Shown piece by piece: positions 6,821-16,063 of a stretch of DNA of 32,000 nt (positions within the stretch are counted from its first letter, which is position 1; every line of letters begins with the position of its first letter). The notes below the pieces were generated by a model. The model was not told where the DNA came from. It did not search any database and was given only the letters and a program-made list of their open reading frames with translations. The position numbers and the translations under genes were made by a program. The DNA is from an uncultured Pirellulales bacterium (GTDB lineage: Bacteria > Planctomycetota > Phycisphaerae > Sedimentisphaerales > Anaerobacaceae), in the NCBI GenBank assembly GCA_964653075.1, contig CAZZAX010000044.1:6877-38876 (forward strand), read 5' to 3'.

Positions 6821-9004
6821 TCAGTTTCCTGCTAATTCTTTGAGTAACGACCTAATTTCATTCGCATTATCAACGTTGAAAAGCGCTTTTGACATACTTA
6901 ATCCTACCTTTATGGAATATGCCCCCTCTGGAAGGGCTTCAAACATTTCTTCATCGGTATAATCGTCACCCGCCGCCAGTACAAAATCCCAATTTTGTTT
7001 TGCAATCCAGACTTCCGCAGCTCGGCCCTTATTGACACCGACATTTCTTATTTCAAGTATTTTGTTGCCCTCGAATACACCAACGTCAAGGTTTTCTGTC
7101 AAATTCAACAAAGCGCCTCTTAGTTCCTGCTCTCTGATATAGGCAAGCTCAGGGTCCGCCCTGCGATAGTGCCAGACCAGACAGAATTCCTTTTCTTCAA
7201 CGAAAGAGCCTGCCGTTCGGTCGGAATAAAGCTTGAGAATAGGCCTGATTGTTTCTTTCCACTCTTTTTCAAAAGGCTGCATACATTGCCAGTCCCGGCC
7301 TCTTGGTTTAATCCATGCCCCGTGTTCGGCAACTAATTCTATGTTCAGACAAACGAGCCATTTTTCCAGTGTTGCTCTGTCACGTCCACTTACTACTACC
7401 ACATTGTTCTTCGGATTGTTTGATATTTTTTGCAGAAGGTCCATAATTTCCTTATCCGGTTCCGCCATTGGGGGCTTTCCTTTGAAGCCTACGAGCGTAC
7501 CGTCATAATCCAGCAGGAGCAGGCGTTTGCGACTTTTGGAAAAATCACTAATTAATTTGTTCCTTTTGCTCGCAGTAAGTTTTCGCACTGAAAAATCTTG
7601 TTGTGTCTTCTTGATGTCAGACAGAGCATTCAGGAAATCATTGCTCCATCTCGAAACGTTATAGCGTTGAAGCCTTTTCTGCATTAATTTGTTGCGCTCC
7701 ATTTGCTCTAACAGGGGCATCTCAAGAGCTTCCTTAATGGCTTGTATTATTGCTCTTTTATTATTTGCATTTACTATCAGGGCCTCGCCTAATTCGCTTA
7801 CTGCGCCGGTCATCTCGCTGAGAATCAAAACACCCCTGCCGTCGGTTTTGGTTGCAATGAACTCTTTCGATATTAAGTTCATTCCATCCCTCAGTGGCGT
7901 GACTAAGGCCACATCAGCAGCGTTGTACAGTGCTGTAATATGTTTGAAGGGCAGTGAGCGGTAAAGATACCAGACCGGAATGCTGCCCATCGTTCCATGC
8001 TCTCCGTTGACTCTTCCCACAAGCTGTTCGAGTCTGTCCCTCAGGATTTTATAATCCTGAACACCTGTGCGCGATGGGACAGCTACCATAATTAATATAA
8101 CTTTTTCCTTATATTTGGGATTTTCCGACAAGAATAAATCGAAGGCCTCTAATCGCTGTATAATACCCTTGGTGTAGTCCAGCCTGTCTATAGATATGAT
8201 GATTTTTCGTTTTCCGGCCTTGGCCAGTATCTTGTTCACTTCATTCTTAACGCCGGTGTCGTTGATTGCCCTGGAATATTTTTCGTAGTCAATACCCATA
8301 GGAAATGCATCTATTTTAACCAGGCGATTGCCAACGCTGACTTTACCAAGAGTGTGTTCAAACCCTAAAGCTCTACAAATGCTGCTGAGGAAGTGTCGGA
8401 CGTAGTCGTAGGTATGGAATCCTATCAGGTCAGCTCCCAATAAACCGTGTAATATTTCTTCTCGCCAGGGCATTAGACGGAACAATTCAAATGATGGCCA
8501 CGGTATGTGCATGAAAAAACCAATTTCGAGTTCCGGAAGTTTCTCCCGGAGAAGCTGGGGAAGTAACATTAACTGGTAATCGTGAATCCAGATATGATCA
8601 CCGGGTTTGGCAATTTCTATTATCTCATCGCAAAATATTTGATTCACATACTTAAATGTCTTCCAGAAGTGCTCTTCATATATGGTGCGCATGGGAAAGT
8701 AATGAAAAAGAGGCCAAATCGTTTTGTTGCAAAAACCCAGATAATAAAGGTCGATTTGCTTTCTTGAAAGAAATACCGGCCTGCAATTTTCATCAGCCAG
8801 TCTATCTCTGATTAGCTCCTTATCTTTAGTGGCCAGCTTTTCATTAGTTATTCCCGGCCATCCTATCCAAAGCTGCTCATAAGACTCCGAAAGTGAAGAT
8901 AGGCCGGTGGCCAGACCTCCCGGACTGGGGCGAAAGTAAAAATCCCCTGTTCTTTTTGCTATATTGAACGGTAACCTGTTTGCAACAATAAGTAGTCTGC
9001 TCAT
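6821..9004 (-). CDS. otsAB: Bifunctional trehalose-6-phosphate synthase / trehalose-6-phosphate phosphatase (OtsA-OtsB fusion, TPSP)
   Basis: 727 aa. The N-terminal roughly 470 aa are GT20-like (LLIVANRLPF, GGLATGL, WIGWPG, IWIHDYQLMLLP). The C-terminal part is a HAD phosphatase (LLLLDYDGTLV, VVVVSGRD, AAGDDYTDEEMF). Its stop, TGA 6823..6821, lies 1 nt before the treT ATG. Confidence 0.9.
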   Translation of the reverse strand: MSRLLIVANRLPFNIAKRTGDFYFRPSPGGLATGLSSLSESYEQLWIGWPGITNEKLATKDKELIRDRLADENCRPVFLSRKQIDLYYLGFCNKTIWPLFHYFPMRTIYEEHFWKTFKYVNQIFCDEIIEIAKPGDHIWIHDYQLMLLPQLLREKLPELEIGFFMHIPWPSFELFRLMPWREEILHGLLGADLIGFHTYDYVRHFLSSICRALGFEHTLGKVSVGNRLVKIDAFPMGIDYEKYSRAINDTGVKNEVNKILAKAGKRKIIISIDRLDYTKGIIQRLEAFDLFLSENPKYKEKVILIMVAVPSRTGVQDYKILRDRLEQLVGRVNGEHGTMGSIPVWYLYRSLPFKHITALYNAADVALVTPLRDGMNLISKEFIATKTDGRGVLILSEMTGAVSELGEALIVNANNKRAIIQAIKEALEMPLLEQMERNKLMQKRLQRYNVSRWSNDFLNALSDIKKTQQDFSVRKLTASKRNKLISDFSKSRKRLLLLDYDGTLVGFKGKPPMAEPDKEIMDLLQKISNNPKNNVVVVSGRDRATLEKWLVCLNIELVAEHGAWIKPRGRDWQCMQPFEKEWKETIRPILKLYSDRTAGSFVEEKEFCLVWHYRRADPELAYIREQELRGALLNLTENLDVGVFEGNKILEIRNVGVNKGRAAEVWIAKQNWDFVLAAGDDYTDEEMFEALPEGAYSIKVGLSMSKALFNVDNANEIRSLLKELAGN

Positions 9005-9377
9005 AATTTTCTCTATTACTTAGTGGTATCGGCGATGGATCAGCAAATGAGGGAAAAATATTAAGGCCGATGAAATTAAGGAGACAGCTTTTTTTTGAAA
9101 CAATAGCATAATTTTATATCAACTATAACAACCAGACTGATAATCGCAAGGTTAAAAGTGTGTAAAAGCCTGTTGTGTGGATGCAGCTTTCGGTAAAAGT
9201 TTTTTCAAAATACATAACTTTATAGTATGGCAGCGATTTTTGTTTTTTAATGGCCGCAAGAATGGTTTTGCGATAACATATTGAGCATATTGGTTTATGA
9301 TTGTGTGCTGAATTTAACATGTGACTAACTCAGTTAACAATAAGAATAAAAGATAGCTGACGAACAAGGAGAAGAGT

Positions 9378-10472
9378 TTGGCATTGGAAAACGGGATAAA
9401 GAAATCACTTCGATTAGCTCTGATTGCTTCGGAACATACGGTATCTGAATACTCTATATTCTTAGAGCATCTGTTGGTTGGTCTGGCGGATGAGTCGATA
9501 CCCGTGGCTTTGGTTTGTCCGCCGGGTTGTGATATGGATTATATGTTTACCGGTGCCGCTGAGATTATAAAATACCCGGTTTTTGAGCTGCCATTGACCG
9601 AACATTTAAATAGAAGGCTGCTTATTGAAAGGCTCGCAAAGTTCAAGCCTACCGTTTTGCACTGCTTATGCGAGAGCATGGCGCTGCTTACAAGGCGATT
9701 AACTCGTCGATTGGATTTGCCTTATATATTGACGGTTAATTCCCTGGCAAAACAGCTGGTCCGGTTTTCTGTTTCGCCGAGGCGTTGTGCAAAAATCATT
9801 ACCCCGACTAAAAGTATCGCTTCTGATATTGAGGGAGCCTATCCTCGCTTTGGCGATAGAATTGAGCAGATAAATATAGGCACTTTTGTGGTCGAAGGTA
9901 ACGGATGTTTTTCTGATTCTTCCCGCTTTGCAACTATTGTGATGACTCAACCTTTGGATAATGTGGACAGCATAGAGAATTTATTTGCTGCGATCAGGCA
10001 TCTTATGATTGACGAATATGAATTTATGATGGTTGTAACCGGCAACGGACGGGGCGAAGGGCAGTTGCGTAAATTGTTAGCTGCACTCGGTCTCCTGCAG
10101 ACCGTTACTATTGTTCCGAGATTAAAGCCCTGGCGGTCGCTTCTTGCCGCAGGTGATATTTTCGTACAGCCTAAACCTGATTATGCTTTTAATCCTTTGT
10201 TGCTGGAAGCAATGAGCGTTGGTTCCGCTGTCGCGAGCTGTAAGGGCGGCGTAGATGATTTAATTGTGGATGGCCAGACCGCAGTAGTTTTTGATCCGGA
10301 TGATGAGCTTAGTATAGTTAGTACACTTCAACGTTTGTTAAACAAACGTGATTTTGCACGTAAAATCGCCAAAACGGCACAGCAGTATTTAAAAGACAAT
10401 CACACCGTCAGCAAGATGGTTTCAGCCACACTTAAGACCTATGGGCAGGCTCAGCAGTGGCTGAAAGGATGA
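9378..10472 (+). CDS. GT-B fold glycosyltransferase (Glycos_transf_1 / GT4-like), substrate unknown
   Basis: 364 aa with a TTG start 4 nt after AAGGAGAAG. The C-terminal half has the GT4 signature region FVQPKPDYAFNPLLLEAMSVGSAVASCKGGVDDLIVDGQTAVVF. The N-terminal half is divergent. It is transcribed divergently from the trehalose genes. Confidence 0.7.
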   Translation: MALENGIKKSLRLALIASEHTVSEYSIFLEHLLVGLADESIPVALVCPPGCDMDYMFTGAAEIIKYPVFELPLTEHLNRRLLIERLAKFKPTVLHCLCESMALLTRRLTRRLDLPYILTVNSLAKQLVRFSVSPRRCAKIITPTKSIASDIEGAYPRFGDRIEQINIGTFVVEGNGCFSDSSRFATIVMTQPLDNVDSIENLFAAIRHLMIDEYEFMMVVTGNGRGEGQLRKLLAALGLLQTVTIVPRLKPWRSLLAAGDIFVQPKPDYAFNPLLLEAMSVGSAVASCKGGVDDLIVDGQTAVVFDPDDELSIVSTLQRLLNKRDFARKIAKTAQQYLKDNHTVSKMVSATLKTYGQAQQWLKG

Positions 10473-10664
10473 ATGCGAATATTTCATATTGTTTCGGCTC
10501 ACTTTCTCAAAGCAAGGATTTTGCCGTCATTTTTTTAAAATTCTTTGTAACAAAAGTGTTTCCAAGGCTTCTATACATACGGTATAGCTGTAGTTATCTT
10601 TAGGAAAGTGTTTTGGTTTAGTATTTCTGGTTCAAGCCGTATTTTTTATCGAAAGGTGCGGATT

Positions 10665-11747
10665 ATGAACAGATTTTCAAAACAAGCTTATATTGTGATG
10701 TTGGTTTGTTTTTCCACAATCACCATTTTTGGTAAAGCCAATCCAACCGACTCTACCGATTTAACACCGGGATCACAAAATAAAAGATTTCCAACTGCTT
10801 CTAAATTGCTTGATAAATATGCTGAGACACAAGACAAGCTTGTGCCTTCATTTATCAGTAAGCTCGAAGTTTCTGCAAAATATGAAGGCGTAAACAGAGG
10901 CCGCCCTAATATGAAAAGAGGTGAGGTTTACACAAGGAATCGAAGGATCGAGCTTCGCTCTGACGGTGAAAGAAATTACTCCTGTCATCAAATGTGGGGC
11001 AAATGGCCCGGCTTTAATTCAGGTGAAAAGTATCCCACTACTTCATATTCCCTCTGGGATGGTGAAACATCTTACCAATATGGTTATTATCCTCTTGCGC
11101 GAGTTTCTAAAAATGGTACCGCTACTTTGAGTTGTATGAGGCCCCCAAAACCTAACGGCAAGTGGCAAGGTATGCCGGCCAGCACGCTGAGAGGTTACTT
11201 TCCCGGAGTCAATGAGCGAATAGATTCCGAGCTAAGACAAGCCCGGACCATATCAGTGGGTCCCCGAAGAGAAGATATAAACGGTTCGAAATGTTACGTA
11301 ATTAATGCCAAAACTAAGAAGTGTGAATACAAGATATGGATAGACCCTGAACATGGTTATAATATCTCAAAAGCGATTGTCAAAAGGGGCTGGGCCAGTT
11401 GGAGCAGACAGGAGCTTTATACCAAACGTCCTCCCGATGGCAGTTCCGAGACTGAGGTAAGTAATGTCCGTTTCAAGAAGATAAATGATATTTGGCTGCC
11501 GGTAGAGGCTGATTATAGAAGGGAACACAAATATGTAAACGGCGACTACGAGAAATCATTTGTTAAAATAAAGAAAACAGAGTTTGTGTTAAATCCGGAC
11601 CACGATACTTTAGGTTCATTCGAACCAAATTTTATAAGAAATGGAGCGAGGGTTCGTATTTCTGGTATTCGTGACGTTAGTTACACCTGGCAGAATGGCA
11701 AGATAGTGGACGAAAACGGTCGCGTGATTATGGATCTTAAGACATAG
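10665..11747 (+). CDS. Exported hypothetical protein (possibly a LolA/RseB-like fold)
   Basis: The ORF 10608..11747 is trimmed to ATG 10665, which gives a signal peptide MNRFSKQAYIVMLVCFSTITIFGKA. I recognise no catalytic motif. The fold suggestion is only an impression from the alternating beta-strand pattern. Confidence 0.65.
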   Translation: MNRFSKQAYIVMLVCFSTITIFGKANPTDSTDLTPGSQNKRFPTASKLLDKYAETQDKLVPSFISKLEVSAKYEGVNRGRPNMKRGEVYTRNRRIELRSDGERNYSCHQMWGKWPGFNSGEKYPTTSYSLWDGETSYQYGYYPLARVSKNGTATLSCMRPPKPNGKWQGMPASTLRGYFPGVNERIDSELRQARTISVGPRREDINGSKCYVINAKTKKCEYKIWIDPEHGYNISKAIVKRGWASWSRQELYTKRPPDGSSETEVSNVRFKKINDIWLPVEADYRREHKYVNGDYEKSFVKIKKTEFVLNPDHDTLGSFEPNFIRNGARVRISGIRDVSYTWQNGKIVDENGRVIMDLKT

Positions 11748-11794
11748 AAACCAGAAAAAAAAGAAAGATAAGGCATCTTGAATCTTGTTCTTGT

Positions 11795-12664
11795 CTAAAG
11801 CAGCCCGTAGTCTTCCAATGTTTTTTTCAGGATGGCTTTTTTATCTTCTTCCAACGGTGTCATTGGCAGACGCAGCTCCTCAGAGGCCATATTCAGCATA
11901 GCCATTGCTGCCTTGATTGGTATCGGATTGGTCGCCAGGGTAAGCATACTTTTGCACAGTGTAAACAGCTTTTTGTGCCATTGTCTTGCTGAAACCAAAT
12001 CACCTTCCAGAATCAAATCTGTCATTGCTTTTACATCGGCGGGCACGATGTTCGCAACTACGCTGATAACGCCTTTACCGCCGATCGAAGCTAACGGCAG
12101 TGTGAGAGAATCATCACCTGAGATGATGGTTATATCGCATCGGGCGGCAATTTCGCTGGCCTGGTCAAGGCTGCCGGTCGCCTCTTTAACTGCGACAATA
12201 TTTTCAAGCTCGGCTAAACGCGCTATAGTCTCCGGTGTCATACCTGCTCCGCATCGGCCCGGTATGTTGTACAGTACCATGGGCAGGTCAACCTCTTCTG
12301 CTATCGCCTTGAAATGCTGATAAAAACCTTCCTGTGTGGGTTTGTTATAGTACGGCCCGACCTGCAGAGTCGCATCGGCACCTACTTTTTTGGAGTATTC
12401 GGTATATTCAATCGCCTCAGCGGTGCTGTTCGAGCCGGCACCTGCTATTACGGGGACTTGTCCGCCGACGGCCTTGACAATTCTTTCGATGACCTGTTTA
12501 TGTTCTTCGGGAGTTAATGTTGGCGATTCGCCGGTCGTTCCTATCGGAACTATTGCGTCTATACCGCCGGCCAACTGGAAATCAATCAGCTCATCCAGCG
12601 TTTGAAAATCGATTTCGCCCTCCTGAAAAGGTGTAACCAACGCCACCATTGCCCCTGTAAACAT
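11795..12664 (-). CDS. dapA: 4-hydroxy-tetrahydrodipicolinate synthase
   Basis: 289 aa. Motifs: ALVTPF, GTTGESPTL, YNIPGR, and the Schiff-base lysine context VAVKEATG. Confidence 0.95.
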   Translation of the reverse strand: MFTGAMVALVTPFQEGEIDFQTLDELIDFQLAGGIDAIVPIGTTGESPTLTPEEHKQVIERIVKAVGGQVPVIAGAGSNSTAEAIEYTEYSKKVGADATLQVGPYYNKPTQEGFYQHFKAIAEEVDLPMVLYNIPGRCGAGMTPETIARLAELENIVAVKEATGSLDQASEIAARCDITIISGDDSLTLPLASIGGKGVISVVANIVPADVKAMTDLILEGDLVSARQWHKKLFTLCKSMLTLATNPIPIKAAMAMLNMASEELRLPMTPLEEDKKAILKKTLEDYGLL

Positions 12665-12683
12665 TTTAGTCTCCTTTTATGAG

Positions 12684-13409
12684 CTACGAACTGAATTTGT
12701 CTATCAGTTTTATCATTTCGGCTGTTGCCTGTCTTATCCCCACAAAGACCGCCCGTGCTATAATACTGTGCCCGATATTGAACTCACAAAGGTCTTTGAT
12801 ACGTGCCACGCCCTCGATGTTACGATAAGTCAGGCCGTGTCCGGCATGAACAGTCAGCTTGTTTTCAATTGCAAGGTCCTTGCCGGCCTGTAACTCATTC
12901 AGTCTTTTTTTGACGGCTCTTTGACTGCGAGCGTTTGCGTACATACCGGTATGCAGCTCTATGGCGTCACAGCCGGTTTGGGCCGAAGCAATTATTTGCT
13001 CTGTTTCGGGTGCGATAAAGGTACTTACAAGAATACGTTTCTTGTGCATTCTTTTAACGACCTCGGCAAGTCGTCTTTTGTATCTGGCACAATCCAGGCC
13101 GCCTTCGGTGGTCAGCTCGGCTCTTTTTTCGGGCACTAAAGTAACCTGGTCGGGCTGAATTTCTTCGGAGATTTTCACGATAGGCTCGGCCATACACATC
13201 TCAAGATTCAATTTACATGCGACTGTCTCTTTTAACAGCCGAACGTCTCTATCGCAGATATGCCTTCTGTCCTGGCGCAGGTGGACAGTGATTCCGTTTG
13301 CCCCGGCCAGCTCGCATTCGGCCGCCGCCCAGACAGGGTCCGGCTCATCGGTCTTGCGCGCCTGGCGCACCGTTGCAACATGATCAATATTAACATTTAG
13401 TACGGCCAT
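12684..13409 (-). CDS. pdxJ: Pyridoxine 5'-phosphate synthase
   Basis: 241 aa. Motifs: LNVNIDHVATVRQAR, TVHLRQDRRHI, IELHTG, VHAGHGL. Confidence 0.95.
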   Translation of the reverse strand: MAVLNVNIDHVATVRQARKTDEPDPVWAAAECELAGANGITVHLRQDRRHICDRDVRLLKETVACKLNLEMCMAEPIVKISEEIQPDQVTLVPEKRAELTTEGGLDCARYKRRLAEVVKRMHKKRILVSTFIAPETEQIIASAQTGCDAIELHTGMYANARSQRAVKKRLNELQAGKDLAIENKLTVHAGHGLTYRNIEGVARIKDLCEFNIGHSIIARAVFVGIRQATAEMIKLIDKFSS

Positions 13410-13459
13410 TGTTTGTCCTTAAGTAATTCCAAGTGATTATACCATCACAATGTTTTCTA

Positions 13460-14425
13460 TCAAGGAATATCTACGGGATAATGTATTCTTCCCCACAACT
13501 TGAATATTTGTATAATCAATAAAATACATATCATGGCGTAAAGCAATCTCGGCAGCCATCGGGCAAATTCAGTGAATAAAAGCTCGGCCCTGTCGCCGGA
13601 GATTTCAGCAATTTTGTCAGCCATCTTGTCGAGTTCACCGGTTTGCTCTCCGGTTTGCCAGATGTTGAGATAGTCTAATGGTAATCTTCGAGAAAATCCT
13701 TCATAGGCCATATTACCTGCTTCTATACTTGTCGCACCACCTTTAAACATGCCGGCTACGATTAAGTTACCTGTTAGCTCAGTGGCTTGAGACGCACATT
13801 GTGCGATGGGCACACCGGCTTTATAGAGCATATTAAAACCCCTGCAATACCGGCATATCGAGAGCTGCCGAACCGCCAGACCAAGAACTGGTATTCTCAG
13901 TATCAGAGCGTCGAAAAGTTTGCGTACAAGGCCGGTATTTGGTATGGAGTGGTAAAGAGTTAAGGATATTCCTATCAATAAATAAAAGAAACCTAATGTT
14001 GTTGCAATTTTTATCAAGTATTCGGATGTGGTGATTTTGCCTAAAACCATAGATGGCAGAGGAACAATAAATACCATAGCATGAAAAATTACAAGCGGCA
14101 GCATAAAACCTGAGGTGAGAATTCCTTTTATTCGTTTTTTAAATTCATACCAGTTGGAGAGCGTCTTAAAACAATTGGGTAATTCCCCCGAGAGCTCCGC
14201 TGATTTTACCAGCATTAAATCCAGCCTGTCAAAGGTCCTCGGGTATTTGGCCATAGAATCAGCAAAGGTATTGCCCTGGGAGACAGATTCACTTAAGTTG
14301 GTGAAAATTATTCTCATGTGTCCTTTTAGTCCTTCGCTGATTATATTAAGGGACTTTAGTGTCGGCACTCCCGCGTCGAGCAAAACCGCCAGGTCGTGAT
14401 ATATTATTGCATGTTGACTGCTCAC
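13460..14425 (-). CDS. Type II secretion system F-family (GspF/PilC-like) inner-membrane protein, orphan
   Basis: 321 aa with a GTG start. There are two T2SSF-like cytoplasmic helical repeats (LLDAGVPTLKSLNIISEG...LVKSAELSGELPNCF and MLYKAGVPIAQCASQATE...WQTGEQTGELDKMADKIA) separated by TM helices. No GspE/PilB ATPase or pilin genes are nearby. Confidence 0.75.
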   Translation of the reverse strand: MSSQHAIIYHDLAVLLDAGVPTLKSLNIISEGLKGHMRIIFTNLSESVSQGNTFADSMAKYPRTFDRLDLMLVKSAELSGELPNCFKTLSNWYEFKKRIKGILTSGFMLPLVIFHAMVFIVPLPSMVLGKITTSEYLIKIATTLGFFYLLIGISLTLYHSIPNTGLVRKLFDALILRIPVLGLAVRQLSICRYCRGFNMLYKAGVPIAQCASQATELTGNLIVAGMFKGGATSIEAGNMAYEGFSRRLPLDYLNIWQTGEQTGELDKMADKIAEISGDRAELLFTEFARWLPRLLYAMICILLIIQIFKLWGRIHYPVDIP

Positions 14426-14658
14426 GTTAAATCTCTTTTAAGTCCGCTATAATGCGTTGACAGGCAATGTTCAACGTTACCCCTCAATTGTATCATCACG
14501 GCGGTTTACATCAAATAAATTAAGCCCGGAAAATATTACAATCTTTTTCCTTTTTTACAATAATTTATTGGTTCGTTTTGTATTTATTATATATATTTTA
14601 TAGAGGTATAGCTGTTTTTAAGAATTAATGCTTGGTGAAATAATGCGAGGGATTAACT

Positions 14659-15087
14659 ATGAAATTTAAGATATTATCGGTGGTTGTTCTGATTTGTATG
14701 CCGCTTATGCTCGTCTCATGCAGGAGTTTTTCGATTGGTACACGCTCGGCGCGTAGATACGAGAGTAAACCTGTTCTTAAACCAGGGCCACCTCCGCATG
14801 CTCCCGCACATGGTTATCGGCGCAAATACCAGGGTGTGGAGCTGGTTTACGATTCGGGTCGCGGCATATATGTTGTCATTGATTTTCCCAGTCATTACTA
14901 CTTCAAAGGTCATTATTACCGCTTCGGCGAAGTTCAATGGGAAGTAGGCGTTAGTTTGGAAGGCCCGTGGAAAGTTATATCGTATGATGAGTTACCTAAA
15001 GGGCTTCGATTCGAGAAGAAGGGCGAAGGCAAGGCAAAAGGTAAATCGAAAGTGCATCCCGGTCGCGGACTTGGCCTTGATAAATAA
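14659..15087 (+). CDS. Small lipoprotein, function unknown
   Basis: 142 aa with a GAGGGA Shine-Dalgarno. Signal and lipobox: MKFKILSVVVLICMPLMLVSC. It has a Pro-rich linker, an aromatic-rich core (HYYFKGHYYRFGEVQWEVG) and a Lys/Gly-rich tail. Confidence 0.7.
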   Translation: MKFKILSVVVLICMPLMLVSCRSFSIGTRSARRYESKPVLKPGPPPHAPAHGYRRKYQGVELVYDSGRGIYVVIDFPSHYYFKGHYYRFGEVQWEVGVSLEGPWKVISYDELPKGLRFEKKGEGKAKGKSKVHPGRGLGLDK

Positions 15088-15361
15088 TAAGTACCGACTA
15101 TCATTTGTGTGAAATTTGTACCTGTAGAAGCGGTCATTCAAATTGACGGCATTTCCGGTTTTTTGCTGTTACTATCCGTAAGGCGTGAATTGAGTCCAAC
15201 TTATCATAACCAATCTATCTCTTGCCAAATATTAATCTTTCCTTTAACATAGCTGCCGTTATTGAAGGAAGTTGCTGCTATTGTTATTTTTTGGCCCGAT
15301 AAATTTTACGACTAAAAGGGCGAGAATTAGTTATTGATAGTCACTAAGAAACGGCATAAAT

Positions 15362-15991
15362 ATGAAGCTGAGTTTGGCCAGTCGGATTACGATTTTCAGG
15401 ATATTGTTGATAGTTCCATTTGTCAGCTTTATGTTGAAGACAAATGATCCTGCACTTGGTCCCGGTGCACAGAACGCAATGCGCTATGTTTCAATTTTTA
15501 TTTTTTTGGTTATGGCGATTAGCGACGGTATTGACGGCTATTTGGCTCGCAGAAAAAAGCAGGTTACTAAGCTTGGAGCGTTTCTTGACCCGATTGCCGA
15601 CAAGCTGCTCATGACCTGTGCGTGTCTGTTGTTGGCTTCAGAGCGGGGACACGTGCCGGATTTCCTGCTACCGCCGACAGTTGTGGTTTTGATTATCGGC
15701 AAGGACTTGTTTTTGCTTATCGGTTTTACTATTGTTTATTTTATTACTTCACAGATTCGTATCGTTCCGGTCTTTGTCGGCAAGCTTGCTACGGCACTGC
15801 AGTTGTCGATGGTGGCGGGAATCCTGATTGCGCCTGAGGTTTCCGGTATTTTGCCCGGCTGGATTTGTTTTTTGCGGCTTCTTTGGTGGTCGGCTGCGGG
15901 GACAGCTATTTTGGCGACCCTTATTTACATTCGCAACGGAAGTCGATATATTGAGCAGTATGAACAAAGCCTGATGAACAATAGCTCGTAG
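15362..15991 (+). CDS. pgsA: CDP-alcohol phosphatidyltransferase (PgsA-like)
   Basis: 209 aa polytopic membrane protein. It carries the family motif DGIDGYLARRKKQVTKLGAFLDPIADK (D-G-x2-A-R-x8-G-x3-D-x3-D). Specificity for glycerol-3-phosphate is assumed, not shown. Confidence 0.8.
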   Translation: MKLSLASRITIFRILLIVPFVSFMLKTNDPALGPGAQNAMRYVSIFIFLVMAISDGIDGYLARRKKQVTKLGAFLDPIADKLLMTCACLLLASERGHVPDFLLPPTVVVLIIGKDLFLLIGFTIVYFITSQIRIVPVFVGKLATALQLSMVAGILIAPEVSGILPGWICFLRLLWWSAAGTAILATLIYIRNGSRYIEQYEQSLMNNSS

Positions 15992-16063
15992 TTAATAGTA
16001 TTTAGAATTAGTGATTCAGTATACGAAACTCCAAACACAAAATATTAAATCTGAGATAAAAAA

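Noticed and set aside
9123-9320. A 65-aa minus-strand ORF in the otsAB/GT4 divergent intergenic region.
   Set aside because: It is an AT-rich promoter region with no Shine-Dalgarno, and the composition is atypical of the neighbouring genes. It is most likely a chance ORF.
15992-16063. A possible FMN riboswitch upstream of ribBA.
   Set aside because: Only 72 nt are available, and none of the conserved RFN-element words are present. ribBA also lacks ribH/ribE/ribD neighbours, which I judged unremarkable.
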